Below, piece by piece: positions 1 through 11,936 of a DNA stretch of 64,000 nucleotides; position 1 is the stretch's first letter, and each line of letters opens with the position of its first letter. The notes under the pieces are model-generated. The model was not told the DNA's origin. It searched no databases and saw nothing but the letters and a program-made list of their open reading frames with translations. The position numbers and the translations under genes are program-made. The stretch comes from Vicugna vicugna (Eukaryota), in the NCBI GenBank assembly GCA_013265495.1, contig MU057847.1, positions 15,875-79,874 on the forward strand, given 5' to 3'.

Positions 1-116
1 GGAGTTCCGCAGGTGCTCTGGTTGGCTGAGTGGGTCTGTAGATGTGGGTCTTGGTGTATTTGTGGGAGAGGGTGACTTACAAGCGTCCTTCTACTCCGCC
101 ATCTTGCCCGGAAGTC
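1..116 (-). mobile_element. 5' end (5'UTR start) of a LINE-1 that continues left out of the window
   Basis: Minus strand starts GACTTCCGGGCAAGATGGCGGAGTAGAAGGACG, typical of an L1 5' terminus, with a YY1-type motif (GCCATCTTG at 98-106 on +). Confidence 0.75.
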
Positions 117-295
117 TGGGGAACTTTTGAATGCTGCTAACTCCAGGGAGTGATTTGTATTGGGAACACTGGGTTCCAGCATGAGGACAGGTTACCCTTT
201 GGACCTTTTCATTTTCTCTGTGTGTTTTCTAAATTGAGAATAAGGTCTCAAAGATTATGCCAATTTGGGGCTGTTTTCCTACCTGCCTCTGGTCC

Positions 296-655
296 AACTT
301 TGGAACTTCATGCTGTTTAAAGACTGCACACTTGAGCAGCATGATGGATAGGGCTCAGTCTTTATGCTGAGAGAACCACTCTTGGGGATAATATAGTTGG
401 GATCTCTCCAGTTCTGGGTTTTTTTATTTGCTTTTTTTAAAGGATGTGGCATTCCAGTAGTCACAGTTTTTCTGATAACTTTGGAACTTCATGCTGTTGA
501 AAGACTGCACACTTGAGCAGCATGATGGATAAGGCTCAGTCTTTATGCTGAGAGAACCACTCTTGGGGATAATATAGTTGGGATCTCTCCAGTTCTGGGT
601 TTTTTTATTTGCTTTTTTTAAAGGATGTGGCATTCCAGTAGTCACAGTTTTTCTG
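296..655. repeat. Direct tandem duplication, 2 x 179 bp, period 181
   Basis: 296-474 and 477-655 are identical except for 2 substitutions; 2-nt spacer (AT). Confidence 0.97.
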
Positions 656-1084
656 TGCCCTGTTTCTTTGTTTGGGAGGGAGTCACTCAAAGCATGGGGT
701 AACTGGAAGCATGGAGTAATGTACATGAAGGAATTTACACTTTGATTCATGTTAAGCACAGAGAAAAGTGGCTAGTGAAATAGGCCTGCTGGCATGGGTG
801 CCCAGGGGACCCCAGCTATTATGCGTATCAGAGGATGGGTGGGGCTGACTGGAGGTGGAGGGACATTGAGGGAAGGGGGCAGAACCAGCAGAGACCATCT
901 TGTCTCCTGTGGTGGGTCATGGGCTCTCCATGTAGTCCCAGGCAAAGATCACACCTTCAGGGTGGCCCATTTATCTTGGTTCTCCATCAGAGAGTGGCCT
1001 TTGACTGACTTCATGTGTCACCTCCAGCATCAGAAGGGAAAGTGAGGCATAGAGATTGAGGAATGTGAAGGTGGTGGCGGCGGG

Positions 1085-1127
1085 GTGTGTGTGTGTGTGT
1101 GTGACAGAGAGAGACAGAGAGAGAGAC
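1085..1127. repeat. (TG)n/(GA)n compound microsatellite
   Basis: Seen directly. Confidence 0.9.
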
Positions 1128-1484
1128 TTGTTTTAAATGCTGAAGCAGCTCTCTACCACAGGGAATGGCTACATGTTTGTCTTCGCAGCACGCGCTCCTG
1201 CCTTTGCTAGAGAGGGACTTTTGCTGAGCTATTTCAGAGCCGGGGTGATGTTACTTGTGCATCTCCCTGACGTAGTGTCCGCTTGGGTCTGTGTCAGTTC
1301 TGTTATAACCAACATGCTCCTTGAACTTGAAGAAGCTTTAAACCACGCTGGAGGCCGAGGTAGACTAATGCCTGGGGCACAGTCTGAGCAGACATGGACC
1401 ACATGGAATCCAGTAGTGCTTTGTTCAGAAGTGATAGTGTGAGATCTGGACCACTTAACGGAGAAGATCAATCATAATAGTAAT

Positions 1485-1700
1485 AATAAGGGCTCACATT
1501 AATTGAGCACTTATAGGTGTTAAGTATTTAACTTGCATCATTTCCCTTAAACCTTCAAAAATTCTGTGAGGTAGGCACCGTTATCTTCTGATGTTCAAAG
1601 AGATTAGATAAATCACTTAGCTGGTTAATGGCAGAGATGAGATTTGAACCAAGATCTGGTTGACCCCAGCTCTTGAGCTTGAAAGCATTTTACTGTTTAA
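1485..1700 (-). mobile_element. MIR SINE fragment
   Basis: ctgtgaggtaggcaccgttat...gctggttaatggcagagatgagatttgaaccaagatctg resembles the MIR core. Confidence 0.6.
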
Positions 1701-3524
1701 TGTCACAGACGAGGTTTCATAAAAGAGATGCGATGTGAACCAGGCTTTGTAGGGCAGGTGGGACATCCAGAGGGAGACAGGACATAGGGAGGGAGGGGAT
1801 TAATGTGTTTGGAGGAACTCAAGGGAGACCAGCCCAACTAGATTGGGGGATGGACACAGGGCATGATGAACTATGAGGCTGATGAGGTGGGGTGGGGCCA
1901 TGTTTTGGAGAGCCTTGAAAGGAACTTGTGACTTGATGCAGTAAGAAAGAGGGAGATGAGAAGAATTTCTGAGCAAAGAAGAGCACGGCAAAGCCAGTAT
2001 TAATCCCTTGGTGTGCCCTGCCTGGGTCCCTGAGCCTGTCCCTGCCTCGCTCTTTCTTGAGAACCTTGCCCAGCTGTCAGCATATTTAGCTCTTGTTTTT
2101 GAATTTCTTGAACCTTTGGGGAGCACCAGGTACATGCAACCAAGCAGAAGGAGCAAGTTAGGGGCCTGGGGTCAAGTTCAGCCCTAGATGGATGTGCCTC
2201 AGCCTATACAATATTTGAGAAGGCAACTGAATTAGGGACCAACATTGAAAAACCAAAAGAGCTCAATAAAAATCAGGATTTCCAGCTTCTGTTGAAAAGC
2301 CAGAAGGCTAGGTCTGTGTTTCACCTGTGGAAGGCAGAGCTGTGCGGTGCTGGCCCCTTTAGCTGGGGTCACGCCCCCTACGTCCTGGGACCATGTACTT
2401 GACCCTGTGGGCCCCAGACCCCTCCTCTAGGGAAACAAGCCCCACTGGGGAAGATTCCAATTCAGTATTAGCTTCTTGTCTTCCTGTGTAATTAGGGAGT
2501 TGTCGGACCTGCCCTAGAACCGACTCTGAAATGTGAATAATCTCAACACACAGGAAGGCTGTGGACCTCACTGGGGAAGCATTAATGGTCAGGAACTGAG
2601 CATTATCCGCATGTAGTACCTTTCCTCTGGACTGGGGTTTCGAAACCTGCTCTGCTCAGGTCCTAAAGAGATAGTCTGGTGGGCCTTACAGCTAGTCTTC
2701 CTCCTCCGCTTGGACTCAGGTTTTCTTTTTGCTGCAACATTTGTATGTAGGACTTGGGTCAAAATGATGAAAAGAGTTCAAGGGGAAAAAAAGAAACTCA
2801 GAAATGACAACATAAAAAGTAACGTGTTAAAAAGGTTATTCTGGAATGAAAAACAAACAAACAAATAAAAAGGTTAATCTGGAAGTCCCAGAAAGCACTC
2901 CATATGTTCTAGAGGGACAGGTGTGGGCCAGACTGTGCTGGCGTTGGGGACGGGAGGTCTTCACCGTGCAGATCTGTCCAGGCACTACAGGATGTTTAGC
3001 AACTCTGGCCCCCTGCTCACCCAGTGCCAGCAGTGACTGTGACAACTACAATCAATTGTGACTATGCACGTCCCACCACTCTTGAAGGGAGCAGGGCGAG
3101 CGTATTGGAAAACCACTGAAGTCTATTCCCAGGTGTTCTAACGCTCACTTCATGAGGAAGAGTTTTAAACCCATTGTCCTTTCTCTATGGCCCAAAGCAT
3201 CTTGTGCTTCTAACCATTTTCTTCCCCAGATTGCAGTTAATTGTCTTCATTTCTTTTCTTTCTAGATTCAGTTGTTTGAGGGTAACTTATCACTGTAACC
3301 CCCAAAGTGTCTTAAACGGAGGAGCTGCACGGTAGGTACCCTTGATGGATCTCCACATTCACGGATTAATGTTAGTAGCTCTAGGAGCCCTGAGAGAACA
3401 AGCAAGTCTGAGTTAGCATGTCACTCTCTGTCTCCAGGTGTGACTATTAGTATTTTCAATATGAGACGAGCATCTTTTCAATGTAGTTGATGAGTAAATT
3501 CTCAGTTTCAGGTAGGATTTTATT

Positions 3525-4480
3525 TTAGGTTCCTACGATGCGTCAGGTCTTGTTCTAGGCTCTGAAGATAAACTGGTGAACCCTACAAATACAGCCCCTG
3601 CCCTCACGGAACTTACAGACTGGGGCTGGGGGTGGGGCAGACAAAAAGCTGGTTAACAAATACACATGACCATTTGATCCTTTCGGGGTTAGAGTGAAAA
3701 TAAGACGAGGTGATACACTACAACACGACAGGGGTGGGAGCAGCGCTATATAAGATAGTGATCAGGGAAGGCTTCTCTGAGCCAGATCTGAAAAATGATA
3801 AGGAACCAGGCATGAGAAGAGCTTGGTGGGGTGGGTGGGGGTGGAGAGCACTTCAGCCAGAGCCAAGTACCAGGGCAGAGGCTCTGAGGAGTGAACCTGA
3901 TGCATTTGAGGAACAGTAAACAAGGCCAATGTGACTGGGATGGGGAGGACAAGGGCACTTGGGAAGAAGGGTACAAGATGGGTTGAAAGAGGTGGGCAGG
4001 GGTTGTTTTGGAGGGAAAGCAGTTTCGGTTTTGTTCAAAGCGTGAGGGAGAGCTGCTGGAGGGCTTTGAACAGAGGAGTGACACCATCTGAGTTCAGATT
4101 TAAAAAAAAATCATTTTGACCATTGGGTATCTTAGACGCTAAGGGGGCAAGGATGGAAGGAGACTGGTGGGGACCTGGTGCAGTAATCCAGGTCAGAGAC
4201 GATGGTGGCATGGACCTGGGGAGTAGCCGTGAAGAAGGCAATGGATTTGGAATGTCTGGTAAAGGCAGAGTCAGAAGGGCTTGCTGAAGGACTGAGTCCT
4301 AGTGGAGGGGAGGAAGAACACCTGGCTTTGAGCCTGAGCACCTGGGCGAGGGTGGCTCTTTTTAGGGAGATGGGAGTCACTGGGTGAGGGGAGCCAGTTT
4401 GAGTAGTGGGCAGGTTTGGGGTGTGAGGGTTGGGGGTAATGGAAATTAAGATTGAGATGCAAATAAAACATTCAGCTTGG
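3525..4480 (-). mobile_element. LINE-2 fragment
   Basis: Purine-rich antisense L2-like motifs (atcagggaaggcttctctgag; gtaatccaggtcagagacgatggtggcatggac; gagcctgagcacctgg). Confidence 0.7.
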
Positions 4481-4559
4481 AGACTTTGAATAGGGGGTTG
4501 ACTGTCTCTGTCAGGGTTGGCTGGCGCTTCAGCCTGCATAAAAATTAAATGCAAATTAA

Positions 4560-4990
4560 AGCCACATTAAGTTGCCATTATATACTAACAAAGGTGGCAG
4601 AAACCAAAATGAGGACTCAACAAGAGCAGGGCTGCAAGGAAACCAGGCATGTTCATACTGCTAGTGGCATGACAAAGTGACTTAATCTTTCCAGAGAACA
4701 ATTTGACAGTATGTGATGAGCCAGATAAACATATTCCTACCCTTTGACATGGTAAAATATTTTGAAGAAATAATTTTTTTAAAGATCTGTGCAAAGATTT
4801 TCATCAGTAGTACAGAGTGGCAGTGGTACTCTTGTGGAAAGAGTAGTGCTCTTTCAAAAGAAAAAAAATTGGAAAACACAAATTCCCAGGGTGGGTGAGG
4901 AGGATATCTAACTAAATAAATAGTGACTCTATAGAGTTTCTATATGGACTTTCTACATGGAATTTCTACAGAAGTTCGCTGTAGGCATGA
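4560..4990 (+). mobile_element. Old L1 (L1ME-like) ORF2-end/3' fragment, apparent source of the 5.5-kb inverted repeat
   Basis: catactgctagtggcatg...gagaacaatttgacagtat...catattcctaccctttgac resembles a degraded L1 ORF2 C-terminal segment. Confidence 0.55.
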
Positions 4991-5499
4991 AAAAATGTGT
5001 TGACCATATTGGTGTCTGGAATTGTTATTACACAGGTCACGAGGGCCCCTGAATCCAGCTGTGTAAATCTCACATGCTGTTCAGGATGAAAATCATCACA
5101 TACAGTTGTCTTATTTTTAAAAACCATTTCATCCGCTTTTGACTTTGTACCTCTTTCTCTCTGTCAGTGTTCCGTGGGCCACCATGAAGAGTTCACATGA
5201 ATTGTGGCTTCTCCAATCTTTCCTCCATTGATTATATTTTTGCCATAAGATATTGGGTAATATCCTATCCTGCAGGACTTGGATTCAAGTAAGTTTACCT
5301 TGGGATTTTTAAAAAGGTTGGGAAATACTGCAGCTCTCCAAAACTGCTAAGTGGTGCAAAGCATGGATTCATGTAAAGGTGGCTTTTCCCCTGTAGGTGG
5401 CGACTTGGGGGCAGGAATTTTGCTGGTAATTTTCAGGTTGTGAAGATATAACCAAGAAGCGACTTCACCATGAGCAGGACTGCAAAGAAATCAGGCATG

Positions 5500-5666
5500 T
5501 TCATACTGCTGATGGCATGATAAAGTGACTTAATTTTTCCGGAGAACAATTTGATAATATATATTTCTCTCTGGCAGTCTTCTGTGGTCCAATATGGCTC
5601 ATTACATGTTGTCAAATTGTTCTCCGGAAGGATTAAGTCACTTTATCATGCCATCAACAGTGTGAA
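5500..5666. repeat. Inverted repeat: 64-bp arms (5500-5563 / 5603-5666), 39-nt loop
   Basis: The arms are reverse complements with 7 differences in 64, all transitions. Confidence 0.95.
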
Positions 5667-6084
5667 TGATACACATTTCCTGCAAATACTACTCTTCAGT
5701 GAGTGAGGCAAAAGGGAGAAGATACTCAGCCACATTCCTTTAAATCCCTGATAGCTTAAAAAATTTTAATATGAAGAAGATAAAGCAGTGAGTCTACTTT
5801 CATAGCTTTATAGTGCATCAGTCCAAGGTTTAACACCATATTCCTGGCTGGAAGTGTCTGAGAGAGGTGTTCTACAGCAACAATGTTCCTGGTGCTAAAA
5901 AAAAAAAGGGGCAAAGGACCAAAAGATTGGTCAGATGGGTCTGCCGACTGCCTTGTGTGTATTTTTGAAAAATAGCTCCCTCTCATAGAATCACGGAGTG
6001 GTTTCTGTACTCGCTAACAGAGATATGTAAATGCATTTGCACAGAAAGGCCTAACACAAACCTTTCTTAGGTTAACTTACTGGT

Positions 6085-6522
6085 TTTTTAAACTGAGGTA
6101 TAGTTGATTTATAATATTGTGTTAGTTTCAGGTACACAGCACAGTGATTCAGTATTTTTGAAGATTATATTTCATTATTAGATTATTACAAGATGTTGAG
6201 TATAACTCCTTATGCTATACAATAAATCCTTATTGTTTATCTATTTTATGTGTATTAGTTTGTATCTGTTAATCCCATGCTCCTAATTTGTCCCTCCTTC
6301 CCTCCCTCTTCCCTTTGGTAACCATTAGTTTGTTTTCTATGTCTGTGAGTCTGTTGCTGTTTTGTATATAGATTCATTTGTATTATTGTTTAGATTCCAC
6401 AAATAAGTGACATCATACAGTATTTGTCTTTCTCTGTCTGACTTATTTCACTAAGCATATCCTCTAGGTCCATCCATGCTGCTGCAAATGTCAACATTTT
6501 ATTCTTTTTTATGGCTGAGTAA
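6085..6522 (-). mobile_element. LINE-1 3' end fragment
   Basis: Antisense L1 3'UTR signature (aactgaggtatagttgatttataatattgtgttagtttcaggtacacagcacagtgattcag ... ttttatggctgagta). Confidence 0.88.
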
Positions 6523-7497
6523 TTGGGTTAATATGTTTTTATTAGCTTCAGAAACACTTCGCTTTCACAATACTATCATATAAAGGAGACATTCATATGA
6601 TCTTTTAAAATAGGGAAATAAAAACAGGAAATTATTTACCCAAAGAGATGAATTAACATGAATCCAATTTTCTTCAAGATCAAAATTTCCCATACTAAAC
6701 CCTACCTTAGAGCAGATTTTCTAGGCAGAAGAGATTCTCTCTTAGTAGGACTCCAGTATTTCATGGTCACAAATTGATCATTTTTCCATGGCTGTGGGTC
6801 TCCAAAAGTCATATCCTTTCTGTCCCGAAAGCCCCCAGTGCCCCCAGTAAACCTTTAAGACCATCTTAATTTGGGAATTTCATCATTTGGTGGGTCTTAT
6901 ATTGGCTCTATTTCTATTATTGCAGCACTGCGTGCTGCTCTTTTTAATGATGTGATTTAAAGGTTTTTCAAGATCAAAGCAGATGGTCAGCCTCAGTTTG
7001 AAAATTGTTAATGATGTGTCGAAACCTACGAACGTTCATCCATGACCTCTTGACTGAAAAACTAGGGAATATTTCTATTCGGGATTCTGTAGTAGTCAGG
7101 AAATTGGAAATTGGCTAGATTGATTTGATCCAAACGCATTTTGGCTGCCCTGCTGACAATATGTTGATATAACTCTCTCCATCTTAAGTGCTTTCAAAAT
7201 GACTTAACTTTAAGATTCAAGAGCCTGAGGAAAAAAGAAAGGCAGCAAAGAACTACTTCAAAAGAGGATATTGAGTTGTAAAGATGGTCTTATTTTTTTC
7301 ACGATTTTTAAGAAACGTGCCTCATTCAAATGGCCTCGCTAGCACTCTGACAGCAGATATTTATGGGAGTGAGAAAAAGGGAGAGAAAATGTATGATGGA
7401 TACTTCGCTCCTGACTCAAGTGCTTTTAAATTTTTAAAGTCCTATTTCTGATCTAAAACGGCTGACGTGTAGCAGAGGATTCTTCCTAGTATCTTCT

Positions 7498-7624
7498 TTT
7501 AAAATAATTTTTTTGGGTGGTAATTAAGTTTATTTATTTATTTTATTTTTTAATGGAGGTACTGGGGATTAAACCCAGGACCACGTGCATGCTAAGCATG
7601 CACTCTACCACTGAGCTATACCCC
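7498..7624 (-). mobile_element. tRNA-derived SINE (camelid Vic-1-like)
   Basis: Minus strand GGGGTATAGCTCAGTGGTAGAGTGCATGCTTAGCATGCACGTGGTCCTGGGTTTAATCCCCAGTACC has A/B boxes and an A-rich tail; TSD cctagtatcttct at 7485-7497 and 7623-7635. Confidence 0.85.
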
Positions 7625-8342
7625 TAGTATCTTCTGAAGTAAGAGAAGATATTGGAGTAACTTGGATGGAGACCCCGTAGAATTTATTGAATTTTCACTG
7701 CAGGGTCAACTGTTGTAGGCTTGTGGAAATAATCTCAAATATGTTTCCTTTCCTCTAATCTCTTATTCTACTGCTGTTCAGTCAGCTTTGCTACCAGGTA
7801 TAGAGGCAAGGAAGATAAAGTGGACCCACGACTAGGGAAAGCAGCCGTGTTTCTCTGAGAATCTGCTTGAAATGTCCTGGCATTGGGAACAGGTTGAGTG
7901 AAATGCTTTGGTAAAGCTATGTACACAAGATACTGCTGGAATGTGCACTGTGTAAACATTATTGAATAACTCTAATTTTTGAAGGTTAGAGGAGCTCTCA
8001 TTTGCCTCTCTCTGCAAAGAGTAAGTGATCTCAGTAGTGTCACTTTTAATCATAAGGCTATAAGAAAGGTGTGTGGGGGGATGGCGGGGCCGGGGAGGTC
8101 ATGATGGAACATACTAGAACATGGGAATAGTTACATATTTTTTAAAATTCAACTTTTTGATAATTTATGGAGGCCATACTTATAGCATTCCTTGTCATCA
8201 TGGCTCAGTTTATACTAGGCTTTTAAATATTTGTTGCACAAAGTGATGTTGCATATGACAGCAATTGGTGAAAATGATGGGAAAATTGTTCATGAATTCT
8301 ACCATTACTGTCAATTGAAGCACAGATATATTAAAGGGGAAT

Positions 8343-8722
8343 TTAGTATAATACCCTTAAGGTCCATCCATGTTGTCAGAAATGGCAAGATTTCATCTTT
8401 TTTTCATAGGGTATTACGCTACAGAGAAAGACAGATACTGTATGATTTCACTCACATGTGAAATACAAAAAATAAGCAACAAAAAACCCAAAATAGATTA
8501 GCAAACCAAACAAAAACGAACACATAGATACAGAGAACAGAGTAGTGGTTACCAGAGGGGAAGGCACCGCAGGGAGGTTGAAATGGGTAAAGGGGGCCAA
8601 CTGTAAGGTGATAGAAAGTAAACTTTCTGTGGTGAGTGCGCTGTAGTGTATACAGACGTAGAAGTATAGTGTACTCATGAAACTTGTATAATGTTGTAAA
8701 CCAATTTACCTTAATTTTTGAG
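8343..8722 (+). mobile_element. 5'-inverted (twin-primed) L1 3' fragment
   Basis: 8343-8406 is antisense L1 and 8408-8722 is sense L1 3'UTR; degenerate TSD aaaggggaatttag / aaagggaattcag. Confidence 0.7.
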
Positions 8723-8904
8723 AAAGGGAATTCAGAGGGCAAATTAGGTTGTTCTGAAGAAGCAATTTTAAATCATTCCCTAATAACTTGATCTCAGTGA
8801 TTCCACTGAGTTGGGTAGATATATATTTTATTAATATATATAAATATATGTAAAATGCATAACTATATCTACTAAATAATATATCCAATTTAAAATAGAT
8901 TACT

Positions 8905-9548
8905 TTTTAAATTGAAGTATAGTCCATTTACACTGTTGTGTTAGTTTCTGGTGTACAGCATAGTGATTCAGTTATACATATATATATTCTTTTTCATATT
9001 CTTTTTCATTATAGGTTATAACAAGCTATTGAATAGAGTTCCCTGTGCTCTACAGTAGGACCTGGTTGTTTATCTGTTTTGTATATAGTAGTTTGTATCT
9101 GCTGATCCCAAACTCCTAATTTATCCTTCCCCTCCTTCTGCTTTGGTAGCCATAAGTTTGTTTTCTATGTCTGTGAATCTGTTTCTGTTTTCTAAGTAAG
9201 TTCATTTGTGTCCTTTTTTAAGATTCCACATATGAGTGATATCATACAGTATTTTTCTTTCTGTTTCTGGCTTACTTCACTTAGAATGATGATCTCCAGT
9301 TTCATCCATGTTGCAGCAAATGGCATTATTTTATTCTTTTTTGTGGCTGAGTAGTATTCCATTGTATAAATACACAACAGCTTGCTTATCCAGTCATCTG
9401 TCGATGGACACGGAGGTTGCTTCCATGTCTTGGCTGTTGTAAATAGTGCCGCTATGAACACTGGGGTGCAGGTGTCTTTTCGAACTGCAGCTTCCTTCGG
9501 ATATATGCCCAGGAGTAGGATTGCTGGATCATAGGGTAAGTCTATAAA
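8905..9548 (-). mobile_element. LINE-1 3' fragment (ORF2 C-terminus + 3'UTR)
   Basis: ORF MFIAALFTTAKTWKQPPCPSTDDWI...MEYYSA is the L1 ORF2 C-terminus; TSD taaaatagattacttttt at 8891-8908 and 9549-9566. Confidence 0.92.
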
Positions 9549-11181
9549 TAAAATAGATTACTTTTTGAACACATCTAAACAGGATTTAAACAGGGTTAAA
9601 AATGGAGGTGTATGGGGAGAAAAGCATAAACCCTCTTAACCCTGTTTTCAAGAGCAAAGTAGGGCCCTGCACAGCTTTAACTAGATTCAAAGATTGGCAC
9701 ATTTAAGCTTCGAGTTGAGAAAGTATTCAGATTTAGAAGAAAGCACCTGTTAAAGTAGATATTGTATGTAACTATGAGGATTTTCCAGAAACATTTGCCT
9801 GTTTTTGCTATAAAATAAATCAGTTAAGACAAAACATTCTGCAGCCAGATCGGTGGTTGCTGGGAGTGAAGGGAGGCATACAAAGGGGCAGAAGGAAACC
9901 GGTGGGGGTGATGGGCATTTGCACTCTCTTGATTGTGGTGATGGTTTCATTAGTGTGTAAACATATGTCAAAACTCATCAATATTTACACTTTTGATACA
10001 TGTGCAGTTTATTCTTTTATGAAACATGTAGTTTATTGTATATTGATTATGCTTTACTAAAGCAGTTTAAAAAAAAATAACTCCTGCGGCCTATGGTGTA
10101 GCCAATGTTGAAGTGGCCAAGTGCTCCTTCGTTACCCAAAGTCCTATTCTAATCTCCTAGGCTTCAGTCCATACTCACACAAACTTGGGTTATGGGTCCA
10201 GATGCCTGTTGGCATTTACAGTGATGGCAGACAGAGGGATGTCTTTGATGAGAGAAGGGAGTTGCCATTGTATTACTCTGTTTTGATTCTTTTCTGGGCG
10301 AGTTTGTATGAGCAGCTGTGAACTGTTTCCCTTTAATAGTTTTTTATTATCATGTAAGTTTCCTCTTTTTAATTAAAAAATGTAATACAAAATGGGCATG
10401 TTTATTGTAAACATTCAAAAACTGAAACGGTACTTCCCAATCCACTTCTCAGGGGAAATGTTATTGACAATTTGAAGTACATCCTTCCATGCTTTATAGG
10501 GGGAGGTGTGTGTGTGTGTGTGTGTGTATATGTATGTGCATGCACGCGTGCATGCATGTGCCCACCATGCATGTGTGTTTATATGGCTTTACTTTTACAA
10601 AAACAAGATCATATTGCACATTATTGTCCTGCAACTTGCTTTTAATTTTTTCCTCTAAAAAGGATCATGGGCATCCTTCCATGTCAGTAAGCACACCCAC
10701 CCCTCCCTCCCTCCTTCCTTTCCTTTCTCCTCTCCCTCCTCCCTCTCCCCTTCCTACCTCTCTTCTTGGTAGTAATCATCCTCTTCCTCTTCCTCCTCCT
10801 CCTCCTCCTTCATTTTTTGTTAGTTTTGGCTTGAGGTTTCCTTAAGGAAAAAGCATCACAACAAGAATTCGTAAATATTGAGCACCTATGCGCCAGGCAC
10901 TGTCTGGTCTATTTTCAGTGATTTGGCAGAAGTTACCGATGACATTGCTGTCATGTTGAAGCCATGACATATGTAAAAAGCTTACTTCTGGGTACACACT
11001 AGAACCTCAGTATTTTTTAGAATAATATTGGAAGATTAGCTCCCTATTCTGGGAGAGTATTTGAAGATGAAATATTCACAAACATTTCATTTAAAAGCCT
11101 ATGAAGGAGAAGCAATGTCTAATCTGTTCTTGCTGTGGTTGGGAAAGAGGAGTTGGAGTGGAGGATTTTAAAGGAGGCCAG

Positions 11182-11255
11182 TTTTTTTTTTAAATTGAAG
11201 TATAGTTGATTTACAATGTTGTGTTAGTTTCTGGTGTACAGCATGTTGATTCAAT

Positions 11256-11286
<31 letters not shown>

Positions 11287-11695
11287 CATATAATTTTTCA
11301 AGATCTTTTTCATTATAAGTTATTACAAGATAATGAGTATAGTTCCCTGGGCTATACCATAGGATCTTGTTGTTTATCTATTTTATATATAGTAGTTTGT
11401 ATCTGCTAATCCCAAACTCCTAATTTATCCTGTGCTTGTCCCTTTCCCCCATGGTAAATTTGTTTTCTATGTCTGTGAGTCTATTTCTGTTTGGTAAATG
11501 CATTTATTTATGTCATTTTTTTTTAGATTCCACATATAAGTGATATCACGTGATATTTGTCTTTCTCTATCTGACTTACTTCACTTAGTATGATAATCTC
11601 TAGGTCTGTCCATGTTGCTGCAAATGGCATTATTTCATCCTTTTATGGCTGAGTAGTATTCATATATATATATACACACACACATATATATATAT

Positions 11696-11731
<36 letters not shown>

Positions 11732-11936
11732 CACAGCTTCTTTATCCAGTCATCTGTTGATGGACATTTAGGCTGTTTCCATGTCTTGGCTATTGTAAAT
11801 AGTGCTGCTATGAACATTGGGGTGCATGTATCTTTTCAAATTAGAGCTTGCTCTGAATGTATGCCCAGGAGTGGGATTGCTGGATCATATGGTAGCTCTA
11901 TTTTTAGTTTTTTAAGGAATATTCATACCGTTTTCC
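11182..11936 (-). mobile_element. LINE-1 3' fragment with internal (TA)n/(CA)n
   Basis: MFIAALFTIAKTWKQPKCPSTDDWIKKLW; TSD aggag(g/c)ccagtttttt at 11172-11187 and 11937-11952. Confidence 0.92.

Noticed and set aside
279..759. Repeated peptide in two minus-strand ORFs
   Set aside because: Simply reflects the 179-bp tandem duplication; no coding evidence.
7498..7624. tRNA-like sequences (also 20552 and 62221)
   Set aside because: A-rich tails, TSDs on two copies and multiple diverged copies show they are SINEs, not tRNA genes.
10690..10812. (CCT)n polypyrimidine tract (triplex potential)
   Set aside because: Ordinary simple repeat in an old repeat background; nothing suggests function.
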